Translations under genes and position numbers: made by a program
Part shown: piece after piece, positions 47,652 through 56,200 of the stretch
How positions within the stretch are numbered: the first letter of the stretch is position 1
Layout of the letters: every line of letters starts with the position of its first letter
NCBI GenBank assembly: GCA_020773975.1
Contig: GCA_020773975.1_3638.1
DNA length: 64,000 nt
Direction: 5' to 3' (one strand)
Source of the DNA: a phage
The notes under the pieces: generated by a model
Database searches by the model: none
Told to the model about the DNA's origin: nothing
What the model saw: only the letters and a program-made list of their open reading frames with translations

Positions 47652-48336
47652 GGCCCGTTGTGTTGTTGGTATGGGACACCCGACTTACCATTGACCAGGT
47701 AAACCAATATCAAGGCCAAATTCGTGACACTCATCCCAGTCAAGACTTTGATTCCAGTTTGTAACTGTCCTCTCTGTGTGGTGGGTGTATGATGCTCTCC
47801 GTGACTGCTTTGGCATCTTTTTTGTCTGAGATTTCCCGAAAAGAGGTGTGTTGTCATTGAGTCTTCCGGCAGCCTTTTCACCCTTTTTGACTTGTCTCCC
47901 ACGGGCATTCCACTGCTCCAGTGTCCTGTAACACATAAAATCATTCTCCTGTAATATCTGGTGTGGGGATAATGACAGATTGTACCAGAGGTGTCAAGTC
48001 TGTTGACCAGAGTGTGTGGGAGGGGTGTCGCTATAAAAAATTTTTGGAGAGCTTTCTATGGTTTATTCTGTAGCTTCAGACAGGCCATAAACCCAGATGT
48101 GACGGGGCTTTCAGCTATGTTGTGTGTTGATCGCAAATAAGGATAAAATAATCAATATAAATGCAGATAAATGTTGTTTTATTGTGTTTGTGTAACTGGG
48201 GTGTCATGTCTTGATAGGTTATGACCTGTACATATTTTGTACAGAAGTGTGGTGTGCAGAGTGGAGGTGGCAATTCCCCAGACGGGGGTGGGGGTAGGTC
48301 ATGGTGGAGAGCAGGGGCATGGTTAGCCCCATATGA

Positions 48337-48660
48337 TCAGGGTTGTGCGTCTGTTTGTTTGAACTGGTCTTTTGAACGTATTACATAACCACAACCATAT
48401 TTTCTCAGCCAGACCAGTTCCCATGGACTATCACTCAGGTTATTCCTGTTTATCTCTTTTAGCTGGGCAACCGCATCGTCCCATGATGTGACTTCGAGAT
48501 AACCGATAAGACTGTCCTCTCCAAAATCTCCATAATCAAATGTACATTTGACCTTGGCGATGAACTCTGTCTGTGGGTTTGTTGGTTTTACAAAAACCCA
48601 GTGGAAGATTTGTTCTGTGCAGTGCTCATTCACCCATCTGATTTGTGTGGTCATAATCAC
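48337..48660 (-). CDS. hypothetical protein
   Basis: 107-aa ORF. Confidence 0.5.
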   Translation of the reverse strand: MIMTTQIRWVNEHCTEQIFHWVFVKPTNPQTEFIAKVKCTFDYGDFGEDSLIGYLEVTSWDDAVAQLKEINRNNLSDSPWELVWLRKYGCGYVIRSKDQFKQTDAQP

Positions 48661-48663
48661 CTC

Positions 48664-49287
48664 TCATCGTATAATCTCGCCTCGAAAAACTGGCGCTTTC
48701 TCCTGGGGTTGCTTTGCCATGTAGTCTTTAATCCGATCATCAACCCATTTAATACGTTCTGGGTTGGTGTGACATTTATCATTGAGGCTTTCCAACCAGT
48801 AAGCCGCTTGGTCAGCGGTGAATGGAAAATTCAATGGGCGACCCGCAGCTACGAATTGTGCTTGCATCTCCCGAAGTAAGTTATCCCTTTCTCGCCATGA
48901 CCAGCGCCATTCTGCATAAGCCTTCAGATTGTTTTTCAGACCTGTCTGTTTTGAAAACTTATATCCTAGATATTCGTCAGGGTCATTAAGCCATTTCTGG
49001 TAAGCCGTGTAAAACTCATATAGTTTTTCACTTGAAACTTTTATCTTTGTTGTCTGCATTGGTGGCAGAGGCAGATATGCCCAGTGTGTTGGTTCACACA
49101 CAATACGTGTATCATCGTGGTAAGCATACTGGAATACACCTTGCCCAATATGAGCACCAACAAACATTTCTTTAGTGTCTGAACAAAACACCAACACATC
49201 TACAAAATCTGGTGGTAACTTATCGGAGCACATTACCCATGTATCTGTGTGATGGGTTTTTAATTCCGCAAAAAATTTATTGTTCAT
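48664..49287 (-). CDS. hypothetical protein (possibly DUF551-like N-terminal domain)
   Basis: ATG at 49287 preceded by AAGGGTG; motif PTHWAYLPLPP. Confidence 0.5.
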   Translation of the reverse strand: MNNKFFAELKTHHTDTWVMCSDKLPPDFVDVLVFCSDTKEMFVGAHIGQGVFQYAYHDDTRIVCEPTHWAYLPLPPMQTTKIKVSSEKLYEFYTAYQKWLNDPDEYLGYKFSKQTGLKNNLKAYAEWRWSWRERDNLLREMQAQFVAAGRPLNFPFTADQAAYWLESLNDKCHTNPERIKWVDDRIKDYMAKQPQEKAPVFRGEIIR

Positions 49288-49480
49288 ACTTACACCCTTA
49301 AAAATAAGGAAAACAGACAGGCGACCCCAGCAAATACACTGACACAACTTAGAAGAATACTCCACAATCTTTTCCAGCCTTTAACAGCAGCACTTTCCGA
49401 GAATCCGCAGAGTGCCAATATGAAATTGGAAATTCCAAGAAAGGCCAGTAGTAAATTTAATAGTATATCTATCATCGGCA

Positions 49481-49837
49481 TCACCCAAACCACATTACTA
49501 TCCCTAATACTACGAAAAGAAACCCAAGTAGGCAAAAGGAGGTTATTCTCTCTTTCTTTTTAAACTCTTTTGTTGGGTTGTAATTTTCCTGTTTTAATAC
49601 AAGGTTCTCATCATACCAAGTAATCCGTTGCCCGTTCAGGTTATGATACCGCTTATGAAGCTGCACAGCTTTTTTGGCAATATCTCCTGTTGGGTATGGG
49701 TTTGAGTACATGGCCTCGCCATCATCTGAAACTACTGTTTGGTTTATCGCATTACCATCGTAGTACACTTCCCAGCAGGATTTAGTTATAACCCCATCAA
49801 CCATGTCTTCTATGTGGTATATATTGTACTTGCTCAT
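49481..49837 (-). CDS. C-terminally membrane-anchored hypothetical protein
   Basis: C-terminal TM SFCLLGFLFVVLGIVMWFG. Confidence 0.45.
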   Translation of the reverse strand: MSKYNIYHIEDMVDGVITKSCWEVYYDGNAINQTVVSDDGEAMYSNPYPTGDIAKKAVQLHKRYHNLNGQRITWYDENLVLKQENYNPTKEFKKKERITSFCLLGFLFVVLGIVMWFG

Positions 49838-50205
49838 GCGTACTCTTTTATCTCCTGGATTGCATCTTTCGATAGCCAGCTATCAACAGGAATACTACTG
49901 AAATCTTTGTGCCACCGATGGGGCTTGTGCCCCTCCCTATGGTCAAGGGGGCATATATCCTCTGGCACTTTAAAATGAATGCCTTCGATATCGTAATAGT
50001 TTCCGTCTATAAGGGTATAGACGTGCCCTTGTATCCTGCTATAGCATATCTGTGCTTGTGGGAAAATGTGTTTAAGTACTAATGCCACTTGGTAGCACTT
50101 CCCATTCTGACCAATCCACACACTATCTACTTGTGGTGGGAAAATATCCCTGATTTTTCTTATCAGGGATGTTATATGGTTTTCTACACAACCTGCCATA
50201 CTCAT
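49834..50205 (-). CDS. hypothetical protein
   Basis: 123-aa ORF, overlapping stop/start. Confidence 0.5.
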   Translation of the reverse strand: MSMAGCVENHITSLIRKIRDIFPPQVDSVWIGQNGKCYQVALVLKHIFPQAQICYSRIQGHVYTLIDGNYYDIEGIHFKVPEDICPLDHREGHKPHRWHKDFSSIPVDSWLSKDAIQEIKEYA

Positions 50206-50477
50206 CGCCTTGCTTTTAGCAGTGCCTTGAAAAATTTTCTCGCTGCTTTTTCTGCCTGTCCTTTACGAGAAAACTCGTTCTCTCTGAATCTCCATTTTCC
50301 CGTATCTTCATCCTTCCAGACTTCTGCGTTAAGGAAATCAAGAATATTATCTGGAATCAATTCAATATCCTCATCTGTAAACCAATATTTTATAGCCCCG
50401 CTATAGACTTCCCGGAGGTACTCTCTACAGTCATTACCAGAAATCATACTTTTCCCTGATAGCTGCTCCCAGTCCAA
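50202..50477 (-). CDS. hypothetical protein
   Basis: 91-aa ORF. Confidence 0.45.
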   Translation of the reverse strand: MDWEQLSGKSMISGNDCREYLREVYSGAIKYWFTDEDIELIPDNILDFLNAEVWKDEDTGKWRFRENEFSRKGQAEKAARKFFKALLKARR

Positions 50478-50619
50478 TACCGATAACTAATAATATTGCC
50501 ACAGTGATCAACCAAAAGAGATAGGCATTGCCAAAAAAGGTTATTGGAAACACAACAATAAACAAAGCAAGCAGTACGACAGGAACCCCGATACACAAAT
50601 TCTTTAACACTTCCTTCAT
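50434..50619 (-). CDS. small membrane protein
   Basis: 61 aa, two TM helices. Confidence 0.35.
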   Translation of the reverse strand: MKEVLKNLCIGVPVVLLALFIVVFPITFFGNAYLFWLITVAILLVIGIGLGAAIREKYDFW

Positions 50620-50621
50620 AA

Positions 50622-50807
50622 TTACAAACTACCTTTTTTCTTTGGTAATGGCTTGAAACATGGGGGTAATTCACCACCTAACGACCAACGCAGCAGATTG
50701 TTATATCCAGGAAGTCTTTTTCTACCACCTTCTCCTTTATACACCCACGGAACATGCGTAGTTTCAAACTTTCTCTCACCTGTCTTTGATTCGTACAATA
50801 GCCACAT
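50622..50807 (-). CDS. hypothetical protein
   Basis: 61-aa ORF. Confidence 0.3.
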   Translation of the reverse strand: MWLLYESKTGERKFETTHVPWVYKGEGGRKRLPGYNNLLRWSLGGELPPCFKPLPKKKGSL

Positions 50808-51069
50808 ACCTAATGTGAGGGTTTCTGTGTCTGTCCAGTTTATCTGCTACTCAGATGTGCCTATTAATTCGAAATTGTCTTTTTCTTTCTTTTTCTTAAA
50901 CCATCCGAACATTATTCAATCCTCACTGATACATATCGCCATGTTCTTTTGTAGTATTCTACGGTTTCCACCAATTTGTCAAGAGGTACTCTTGTTTTCA
51001 ATATCCACCAGCTACCAAGATACTCTGTAGAACATGCACTCATCCTGCCACATATGGTATACGTTGCCA

Positions 51070-51270
51070 CTACATCCTCCACGTTAGTTTCTGAGCGATC
51101 TCTAACAAAGCATCTATCTTGTGTATATACTCTTTCCTTTTCTCACTGCCAGGAGGGAATTGGTCTCTCGTTTGCATCAAGGTTTTTATCTCTTCAGACA
51201 GATGATTAAGGATTTCAACGCGCTCACGTTTTCGACCTAGTTGTTCAATTTCTTTATCACTACAATTCAT
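51070..51270 (-). CDS. hypothetical protein
   Basis: 66-aa ORF. Confidence 0.4.
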   Translation of the reverse strand: MNCSDKEIEQLGRKRERVEILNHLSEEIKTLMQTRDQFPPGSEKRKEYIHKIDALLEIAQKLTWRM

Positions 51271-51283
51271 AACACACCCTACA

Positions 51284-51631
51284 GTGTTGTCAAACTATGA
51301 GAGTATGATAATATATGGTGCAACAACTTACAATAGCAGGAGACAATTTATGACTGTGAAAATACCTAAAGGCGGCAGACCAGATAGAAATGCATGTGAC
51401 ATGCGTGTAAGGGTAGGGAGAATGTGTCTAATTTATGGAATAACTTATCCACCAATGGTGCGACTTAATGGTAAAATATGTAAGGTCATCGACATACCAA
51501 AAGATAGAACAACACGCTTCTTGTGCAAGGTCAAAGGTGAAGAGAAGGTTTTTAACATCTCACACAAAAACCTAACAGTTTTGGATCTTAATGACAACAT
51601 TGTTATCTCCAAATACCGTTGTATAAACTAA
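51284..51631 (+). CDS. hypothetical protein (lone plus-strand ORF)
   Basis: Ends immediately before the bidirectional terminator; likely starts at the internal ATG (MTVKIPKGGRP...). Confidence 0.35.
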   Translation: MLSNYESMIIYGATTYNSRRQFMTVKIPKGGRPDRNACDMRVRVGRMCLIYGITYPPMVRLNGKICKVIDIPKDRTTRFLCKVKGEEKVFNISHKNLTVLDLNDNIVISKYRCIN

Positions 51632-51632
51632 A

Positions 51633-51665
51633 ATAAAAGCCCCGCATGGGGCTTTTATTTTTATT
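51633..51665. terminator. bidirectional rho-independent terminator
   Basis: AAATAAAAGCCCCGCATGGGGCTTTTATTTTTATT: GC stem flanked by an A-run and a T-run, between convergent ORFs. Confidence 0.7.
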
Positions 51666-52401
51666 CAAAATCATCAACACCGCTATCGGTAAGGTTTTCT
51701 CTGCTCGAAGGTTTTGTCGAAAGAACTTGCTCAAGCAGAGAGGAAAATTTCTGCAAATTACTTACAGAAGAAGTCCCTGCTGCCATGGCAAGCATATCCA
51801 CTTCTTTTTCGGTAGGTTGCGTCCAGTCTAGAAACATCTCTTTCATGTACAACGTTGATATCCCTATTGGTGTGGCGTGGTCAACCCTATCAGTACGGAC
51901 CCAGAAAAGAACTTCTTTCTCTATACATACACACAAAGCAGCACCCAACGAGTATCCTGTAACGATGGATGGATAACTTGCAACGAGGATCTCGACATTC
52001 AGGTCATCCCAGTGAAATACAACACCCAAACACTTCATATCCACAATGTCTTCCACTGCGGGTCTTAGCTCCTCATGGGAAGAAAGGGAGTCATAGTTAA
52101 TATTCTTTATGAATTTAAGAACGTCTTGGCGGTTGTAGGCACAATCGTTATTACCTTGCTTCCAGTAGCCCCAAAATGAAGTCGATAAATTCAACCAAAA
52201 ACTTGCAGTTGTCCCTAATGTCTCAGCCAGTTTTTCAGCCACATCTTCTGATACTTCTTCCATGTTATATAGGATAGTTCTTAACTTATTTACAGGTATA
52301 CCAGATCTGTCGGCAAGATCATCCACACACCAACCTAATGGATCCAGATATTCGTGGATAATAACCTCCCCTGGTGACACTGGTGCTCTTTCTTTCTGCA
52401 T
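51661..52401 (-). CDS. HigA/XRE-family HTH protein fused to a C-terminal domain of unknown function
   Basis: From ATG 52401 (AAGGAG SD): PGEVIIHEYLDPLGWCVDDLADRSGIPVNKLRTILYNMEEVSEDVAEKLAETLGTTASFWLNL matches the HigA antitoxin HTH pattern; about 170 further residues with no recognisable motif. Confidence 0.6.
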   Translation of the reverse strand: MQKERAPVSPGEVIIHEYLDPLGWCVDDLADRSGIPVNKLRTILYNMEEVSEDVAEKLAETLGTTASFWLNLSTSFWGYWKQGNNDCAYNRQDVLKFIKNINYDSLSSHEELRPAVEDIVDMKCLGVVFHWDDLNVEILVASYPSIVTGYSLGAALCVCIEKEVLFWVRTDRVDHATPIGISTLYMKEMFLDWTQPTEKEVDMLAMAAGTSSVSNLQKFSSLLEQVLSTKPSSRENLTDSGVDDFE

Positions 52402-52421
52402 TCTCTCTCCTTTCTCTCTAC

Positions 52422-52448
52422 CAGAAAACCCTGCAAAGCAGGGTTTTG
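52422..52448 (-). promoter_or_regulatory. hairpin just upstream of the HigA-like gene (terminator/attenuator-like)
   Basis: Minus strand AACCCTGC-TTTG-CAGGGTT followed by TTCTGG; sits between the upstream stop and the SD. Confidence 0.4.
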
Positions 52449-52454
52449 TTACTA

Positions 52455-52658
52455 TCAGCATTTAGGCGAGCATTTATCGCACGGGCATGAAATTCCGTGG
52501 AAACACAAACCTGTTCCGTCTTTCTTGACCCCTGTTCCACCACATTGGGGACAACTATCGTGTAAGCATTTTGTTTTTGTTGTCTCCTCTTTATCTTTAT
52601 TAAAGAGGTTTTTCATAATCATTTTCTGTTGCTCAATCGTAAACATTTTCGTCCCCAA
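52455..52658 (-). CDS. small Cys-rich (Zn-ribbon-like) protein
   Basis: CLHDSCPQCGG ... CFHGISCPCDKCSPKC. Confidence 0.45.
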   Translation of the reverse strand: MGTKMFTIEQQKMIMKNLFNKDKEETTKTKCLHDSCPQCGGTGVKKDGTGLCFHGISCPCDKCSPKC

Positions 52659-52827
52659 AATCTTTCAAGTGCTTCTACCTCTCCCATGTTTGGGAAGATA
52701 CCACAGAGACTTTTATAGCCTCTTTAATACTTTTATCCCACTGATGCGCCATTTACAGGCTTTTAAGTACCCACTACTATTGTAAAAGCCTACTCTCCGA
52801 AAGATACTGGTGAGGAACTTTTTATTT

Positions 52828-53133
52828 TTACGAATAATCTTCTTTTTCACTCAAAAACCTCGTTTCTTCAAACTGCTCTGGTGTCAATAAACTTGTTCCT
52901 ACACGACTGCCATTACCACACATAATGGGCACGGCAATCATGTGGCTATCCTTTTCTGCATTAGCTGTATCAAGGTACTGCCCATAACGTTTGATAAGTC
53001 GGATACTCATTTTTGAATTAGCTAAAGCCCTTGTATTATAGAGATAATCCTCAATGTACAAACGCAATGCGTTTGCGGATTTTAAGGATTTCGATAAGAA
53101 TAATTTATTACGCCGTACCAGTTTTTTCTTCAT
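52828..53133 (-). CDS. hypothetical protein
   Basis: 101-aa ORF. Confidence 0.45.
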   Translation of the reverse strand: MKKKLVRRNKLFLSKSLKSANALRLYIEDYLYNTRALANSKMSIRLIKRYGQYLDTANAEKDSHMIAVPIMCGNGSRVGTSLLTPEQFEETRFLSEKEDYS

Positions 53134-53326
53134 GCAACCCTCGCTTGTGCCTGTACATTGCTAGGGGCCATACAGAACTCACTATAAAGCATTTCCATGC
53201 CCAACCCCATGCAGTTTTTGGTGCATATACCTGCTCAAGTATTTTACTATTCTCCATCTCTGCGGTATGTACAAACCATACAGCAATATACAATGTAACT
53301 ATAATGTAGATAAAGCCATTAATCAT
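53108..53326 (-). CDS. small membrane protein
   Basis: 72 aa, two hydrophobic segments. Confidence 0.35.
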   Translation of the reverse strand: MINGFIYIIVTLYIAVWFVHTAEMENSKILEQVYAPKTAWGWAWKCFIVSSVWPLAMYRHKRGLHEEKTGTA

Positions 53327-54380
53327 TCATCTTATCCCAACACATTTGTTGTGCTGTCATCAAAACATCGGCAGCAAAGTTAAGATCTGTTGTTTTCGGT
53401 AAATGCGTGTTCTTGTACAGAGTGTTACGAATATAATCATCCTTCTCTTCTGCCCAAGCCAAGAGCTTCTCCAAAGACCATGCGCCATTCCTGATTGCAA
53501 GAAGCTCCTGAGCATCAGGTCTTTTTACTAAGACTTTCCCTTCCGTCAGGATTTCTTCCGCTTGACGCATCAGCCTAACCAAGTGCATACCATGCTTTGA
53601 ATCGAAGCCATACTTTTCTTCTAACTCATGACGTGCTGGGTTTCTGTTTTCAACCCATGTCCAGTAGTTCTTATGCTTTTCCTTTGCTTGTTTATGCTCA
53701 TCTGCCAGATATTTAACGATTAAAATTGGCTTACGTTTCTTATCTTCGTCAGAGAACTGCTCGTATGGAACTTTACGAATAGAACCATCAGAGTTAAACA
53801 AACCAGCATTGTCGCGTGTTCCGATTACACCATAGATATTATCACCCATGGGTAAAAAGACACACAACTTGTTAAGATCATCCAACATTTTCTGGAAGTC
53901 TTTGTGTTTTGTAAGATTATCATCCATCCACGAGTGTGTCAAGCGCATGAACTCTTTTTGTGTTGGTTGCTCTTTAGGCTGCGGGTTATTAATCCATTTA
54001 TTATGGCCTTTGATACGCTTCAGTTGCGCCATCGCATACCCAGAAAAAGTAAAAGCAACTTTACTGGATAGGAGTTTTGGCGCTTGCTCGCGTAGGTACT
54101 CGTAAACATCTGAAGTTTGCAGAATGTCACTTCTATCAACAAACATAAGCTCGATGATGTTTGGGTTCATATCAACGAACAACTTCATGTAGTTTGTTAG
54201 CTCATACAGCTTACCATCCTCTTCATCAATAAGAGTCATTTCTCTGTCAACGAAAAACGGGGTAAGAATGCTTTTAGGCTCTGCACAATAAATTCCGCGA
54301 ATATCCACATCGGATGTTGGTAAGTTAGTTCCATAGGCAATGCTACCACTGTAGCAGCGCATTAGTTCTAGTTTCTTCAT
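53319..54380 (-). CDS. nucleotidyltransferase-fold protein (Pol-beta-like NTase superfamily)
   Basis: GSIAYGTNLPTSDVDIRGIY = GS...G...SDxD signature of the minimal nucleotidyltransferase fold; 353 aa. Confidence 0.55.
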   Translation of the reverse strand: MKKLELMRCYSGSIAYGTNLPTSDVDIRGIYCAEPKSILTPFFVDREMTLIDEEDGKLYELTNYMKLFVDMNPNIIELMFVDRSDILQTSDVYEYLREQAPKLLSSKVAFTFSGYAMAQLKRIKGHNKWINNPQPKEQPTQKEFMRLTHSWMDDNLTKHKDFQKMLDDLNKLCVFLPMGDNIYGVIGTRDNAGLFNSDGSIRKVPYEQFSDEDKKRKPILIVKYLADEHKQAKEKHKNYWTWVENRNPARHELEEKYGFDSKHGMHLVRLMRQAEEILTEGKVLVKRPDAQELLAIRNGAWSLEKLLAWAEEKDDYIRNTLYKNTHLPKTTDLNFAADVLMTAQQMCWDKMND

Positions 54381-54757
54381 TCTTGTACCTTTGTGCTTTT
54401 TCTTACATTATCCCAAAAATCAAGGATATTTTGGTAACGGATTTTGTCTTCCATATATTCAGCTTCATCCCGAAGATCGCACACATGTTCTATTAAGGCA
54501 CACACTTCATTGTGGTATGTTGTATCACTTGTGATGTGCTTAATCATACAAGATCCTGCTTTCCACTTTGAAAGTGAGTATCTCAGATTATCATCTTTCT
54601 CTGTTGGAAAAGCATCAACTAGCACCTTTGCCCTATTCCCTTGTATCGTTTGTATTGTTCCTTGGCGCAACTCGTTTCCACCCCAATAGATAAACACAGT
54701 ATCACCAACAAATAATCTAGTTCCACTTGCGTCTCTCATTTTATGCCTCCAACCCAA
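54377..54757 (-). CDS. hypothetical protein
   Basis: 126-aa ORF, ATGA overlap with the downstream gene. Confidence 0.45.
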   Translation of the reverse strand: MGWRHKMRDASGTRLFVGDTVFIYWGGNELRQGTIQTIQGNRAKVLVDAFPTEKDDNLRYSLSKWKAGSCMIKHITSDTTYHNEVCALIEHVCDLRDEAEYMEDKIRYQNILDFWDNVRKSTKVQE

Positions 54758-55085
54758 AGAAATAATAAATTGTTACCGCTGCAAAGTAAAGTGTTTTGGA
54801 AATCAGCCGTAACCAACAATCTCTGTTTGTATACACTTTTCCTGCTAAGATATTACTACCTGTTACGATATGTCCCCACACCCACACACCAAACAGGAAT
54901 CCTCCTAGCAAACCCCCTGTTGGTGGTGTTAATGTGGTAATCATTGCAATACCTTCTAGGATGGTGAATATGAAGAAATATGAGAATGCCTCTCTTACAC
55001 ATTTTATTCCTTTGCCAGTAACGCAGGTATTGACTAAACCTATAAGACAAAAGATCGTCCAAAGTACATACAATGTATAAACCAT
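54741..55085 (-). CDS. integral membrane protein
   Basis: Four predicted TM helices. Confidence 0.45.
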   Translation of the reverse strand: MVYTLYVLWTIFCLIGLVNTCVTGKGIKCVREAFSYFFIFTILEGIAMITTLTPPTGGLLGGFLFGVWVWGHIVTGSNILAGKVYTNRDCWLRLISKTLYFAAVTIYYFFGLEA

Positions 55086-55150
55086 AAACCACTTAACCCC
55101 GAGAATGTTAACCTCTCCAACCCTATCAGAGAGGTTTCAGAAATGATCTG

Positions 55151-55561
55151 TTACTCACCTTTCAGCTTAAAACTTTTCAATGTTTTGATAAAGTTTTTCT
55201 CTGCTGGTGTGTAAGTGTGAACGAAACCTGTTTCTTCACAGGTGTAGGTATCATTAACCTCCATTGCGTGTGGAGGGATAAATGCACCATCAGGAACAGA
55301 CTTATATTCCGGGTTGTAGATAAATTCCGGCAGTACAACAGCTACAGCAGTCATTGCTCCGTTCAAGGCTTTCTTTTCTTCACGCCACCACGCTACTGGG
55401 TAAGTCTCTAAAGACATTGCCTGGGTAAGAAAATCTTCAAGCACGGACTGATAACCGCCATTCAAAACAATAATGGTCTTATCTTCTTCTTTCCAGCATT
55501 TCAGCCAATGGTGTGCAGTGATCTGCTCTGGTGTATATGCTTCACCACTATGCAAAACCAT
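55151..55561 (-). CDS. hypothetical protein, possibly PTH2 (peptidyl-tRNA hydrolase 2)-like; 5' end uncertain
   Basis: The 27 in-frame codons upstream of the ATG encode ...YISGIHAGIQSAHAIAEL (cf. the PTH2 motif GK.AAQC.HAA) with no ATG/GTG/TTG; downstream WLKCWKEEDKTIIVLN also recalls PTH2; weak. Confidence 0.4.
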   Translation of the reverse strand: MVLHSGEAYTPEQITAHHWLKCWKEEDKTIIVLNGGYQSVLEDFLTQAMSLETYPVAWWREEKKALNGAMTAVAVVLPEFIYNPEYKSVPDGAFIPPHAMEVNDTYTCEETGFVHTYTPAEKNFIKTLKSFKLKGE

Positions 55562-55639
55562 AAGCTCTGCAATGGCGTGTGCTGATTGGATACCCGCATG
55601 GATACCGGAGATATATTGATTAACAATACATTCTTGTTT

Positions 55640-55858
55640 TCATTTTTGTTTTTTCCTCAGAATTATTCTATCTTCACTAAAAATTTCCTGTAACCCAGCA
55701 GCAATCAGAGCAAATATTGCTACCCACCATACAACTAACAGGAGTGCCCCAACAAGCAAATCTCTACCTGTGATCTGTTGCTCAATCCTGTAGGTAAAAA
55801 TAAAGAAAGCTACGGATACTAAAGCACCAACAAAGAAGTAGATAAACACTTCAGTCAT
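55640..55858 (-). CDS. small membrane protein
   Basis: 72 aa, two TM helices; in frame with 55151-55561 across a single TGA. Confidence 0.4.
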   Translation of the reverse strand: MTEVFIYFFVGALVSVAFFIFTYRIEQQITGRDLLVGALLLVVWWVAIFALIAAGLQEIFSEDRIILRKKQK

Positions 55859-56186
55859 TATCTCTTTTCTCCAAATCCCGTTTCTCCAAGTATCCTTTTA
55901 CCATAAGTGCTACAGCGTAAATCCCCACAAGACAAATACAAAATGTGAAAATAATAGGTAAAACCATTACCGCAAACATCATAAATAGCGGTCCTGCAAC
56001 AGTAATGAATGCTTCTCCAAGCAACAGCAAAAATACTACATATTTATTTGCCGTCTCATCCACCTTCTTAAGATACACACCTAAACACACAGAAGACAAC
56101 AGGAATGACAGAATGGACAGCAATAGATACCAATTATCAATAAAGATGATAATTGGACCAGCAACATTTTCTAACCACCACATCAT
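55851..56186 (-). CDS. integral membrane protein
   Basis: 111 aa, three TM helices. Confidence 0.45.
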   Translation of the reverse strand: MMWWLENVAGPIIIFIDNWYLLLSILSFLLSSVCLGVYLKKVDETANKYVVFLLLLGEAFITVAGPLFMMFAVMVLPIIFTFCICLVGIYAVALMVKGYLEKRDLEKRDND

Positions 56187-56200
56187 ATATACTTACCTCT

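Noticed and set aside
47648-47944. Minus-strand ORFs of 98 and 83 aa in the G+T-rich island
   Set aside because: They overlap each other, have composition-driven low-complexity translations and no SD; probably spurious.
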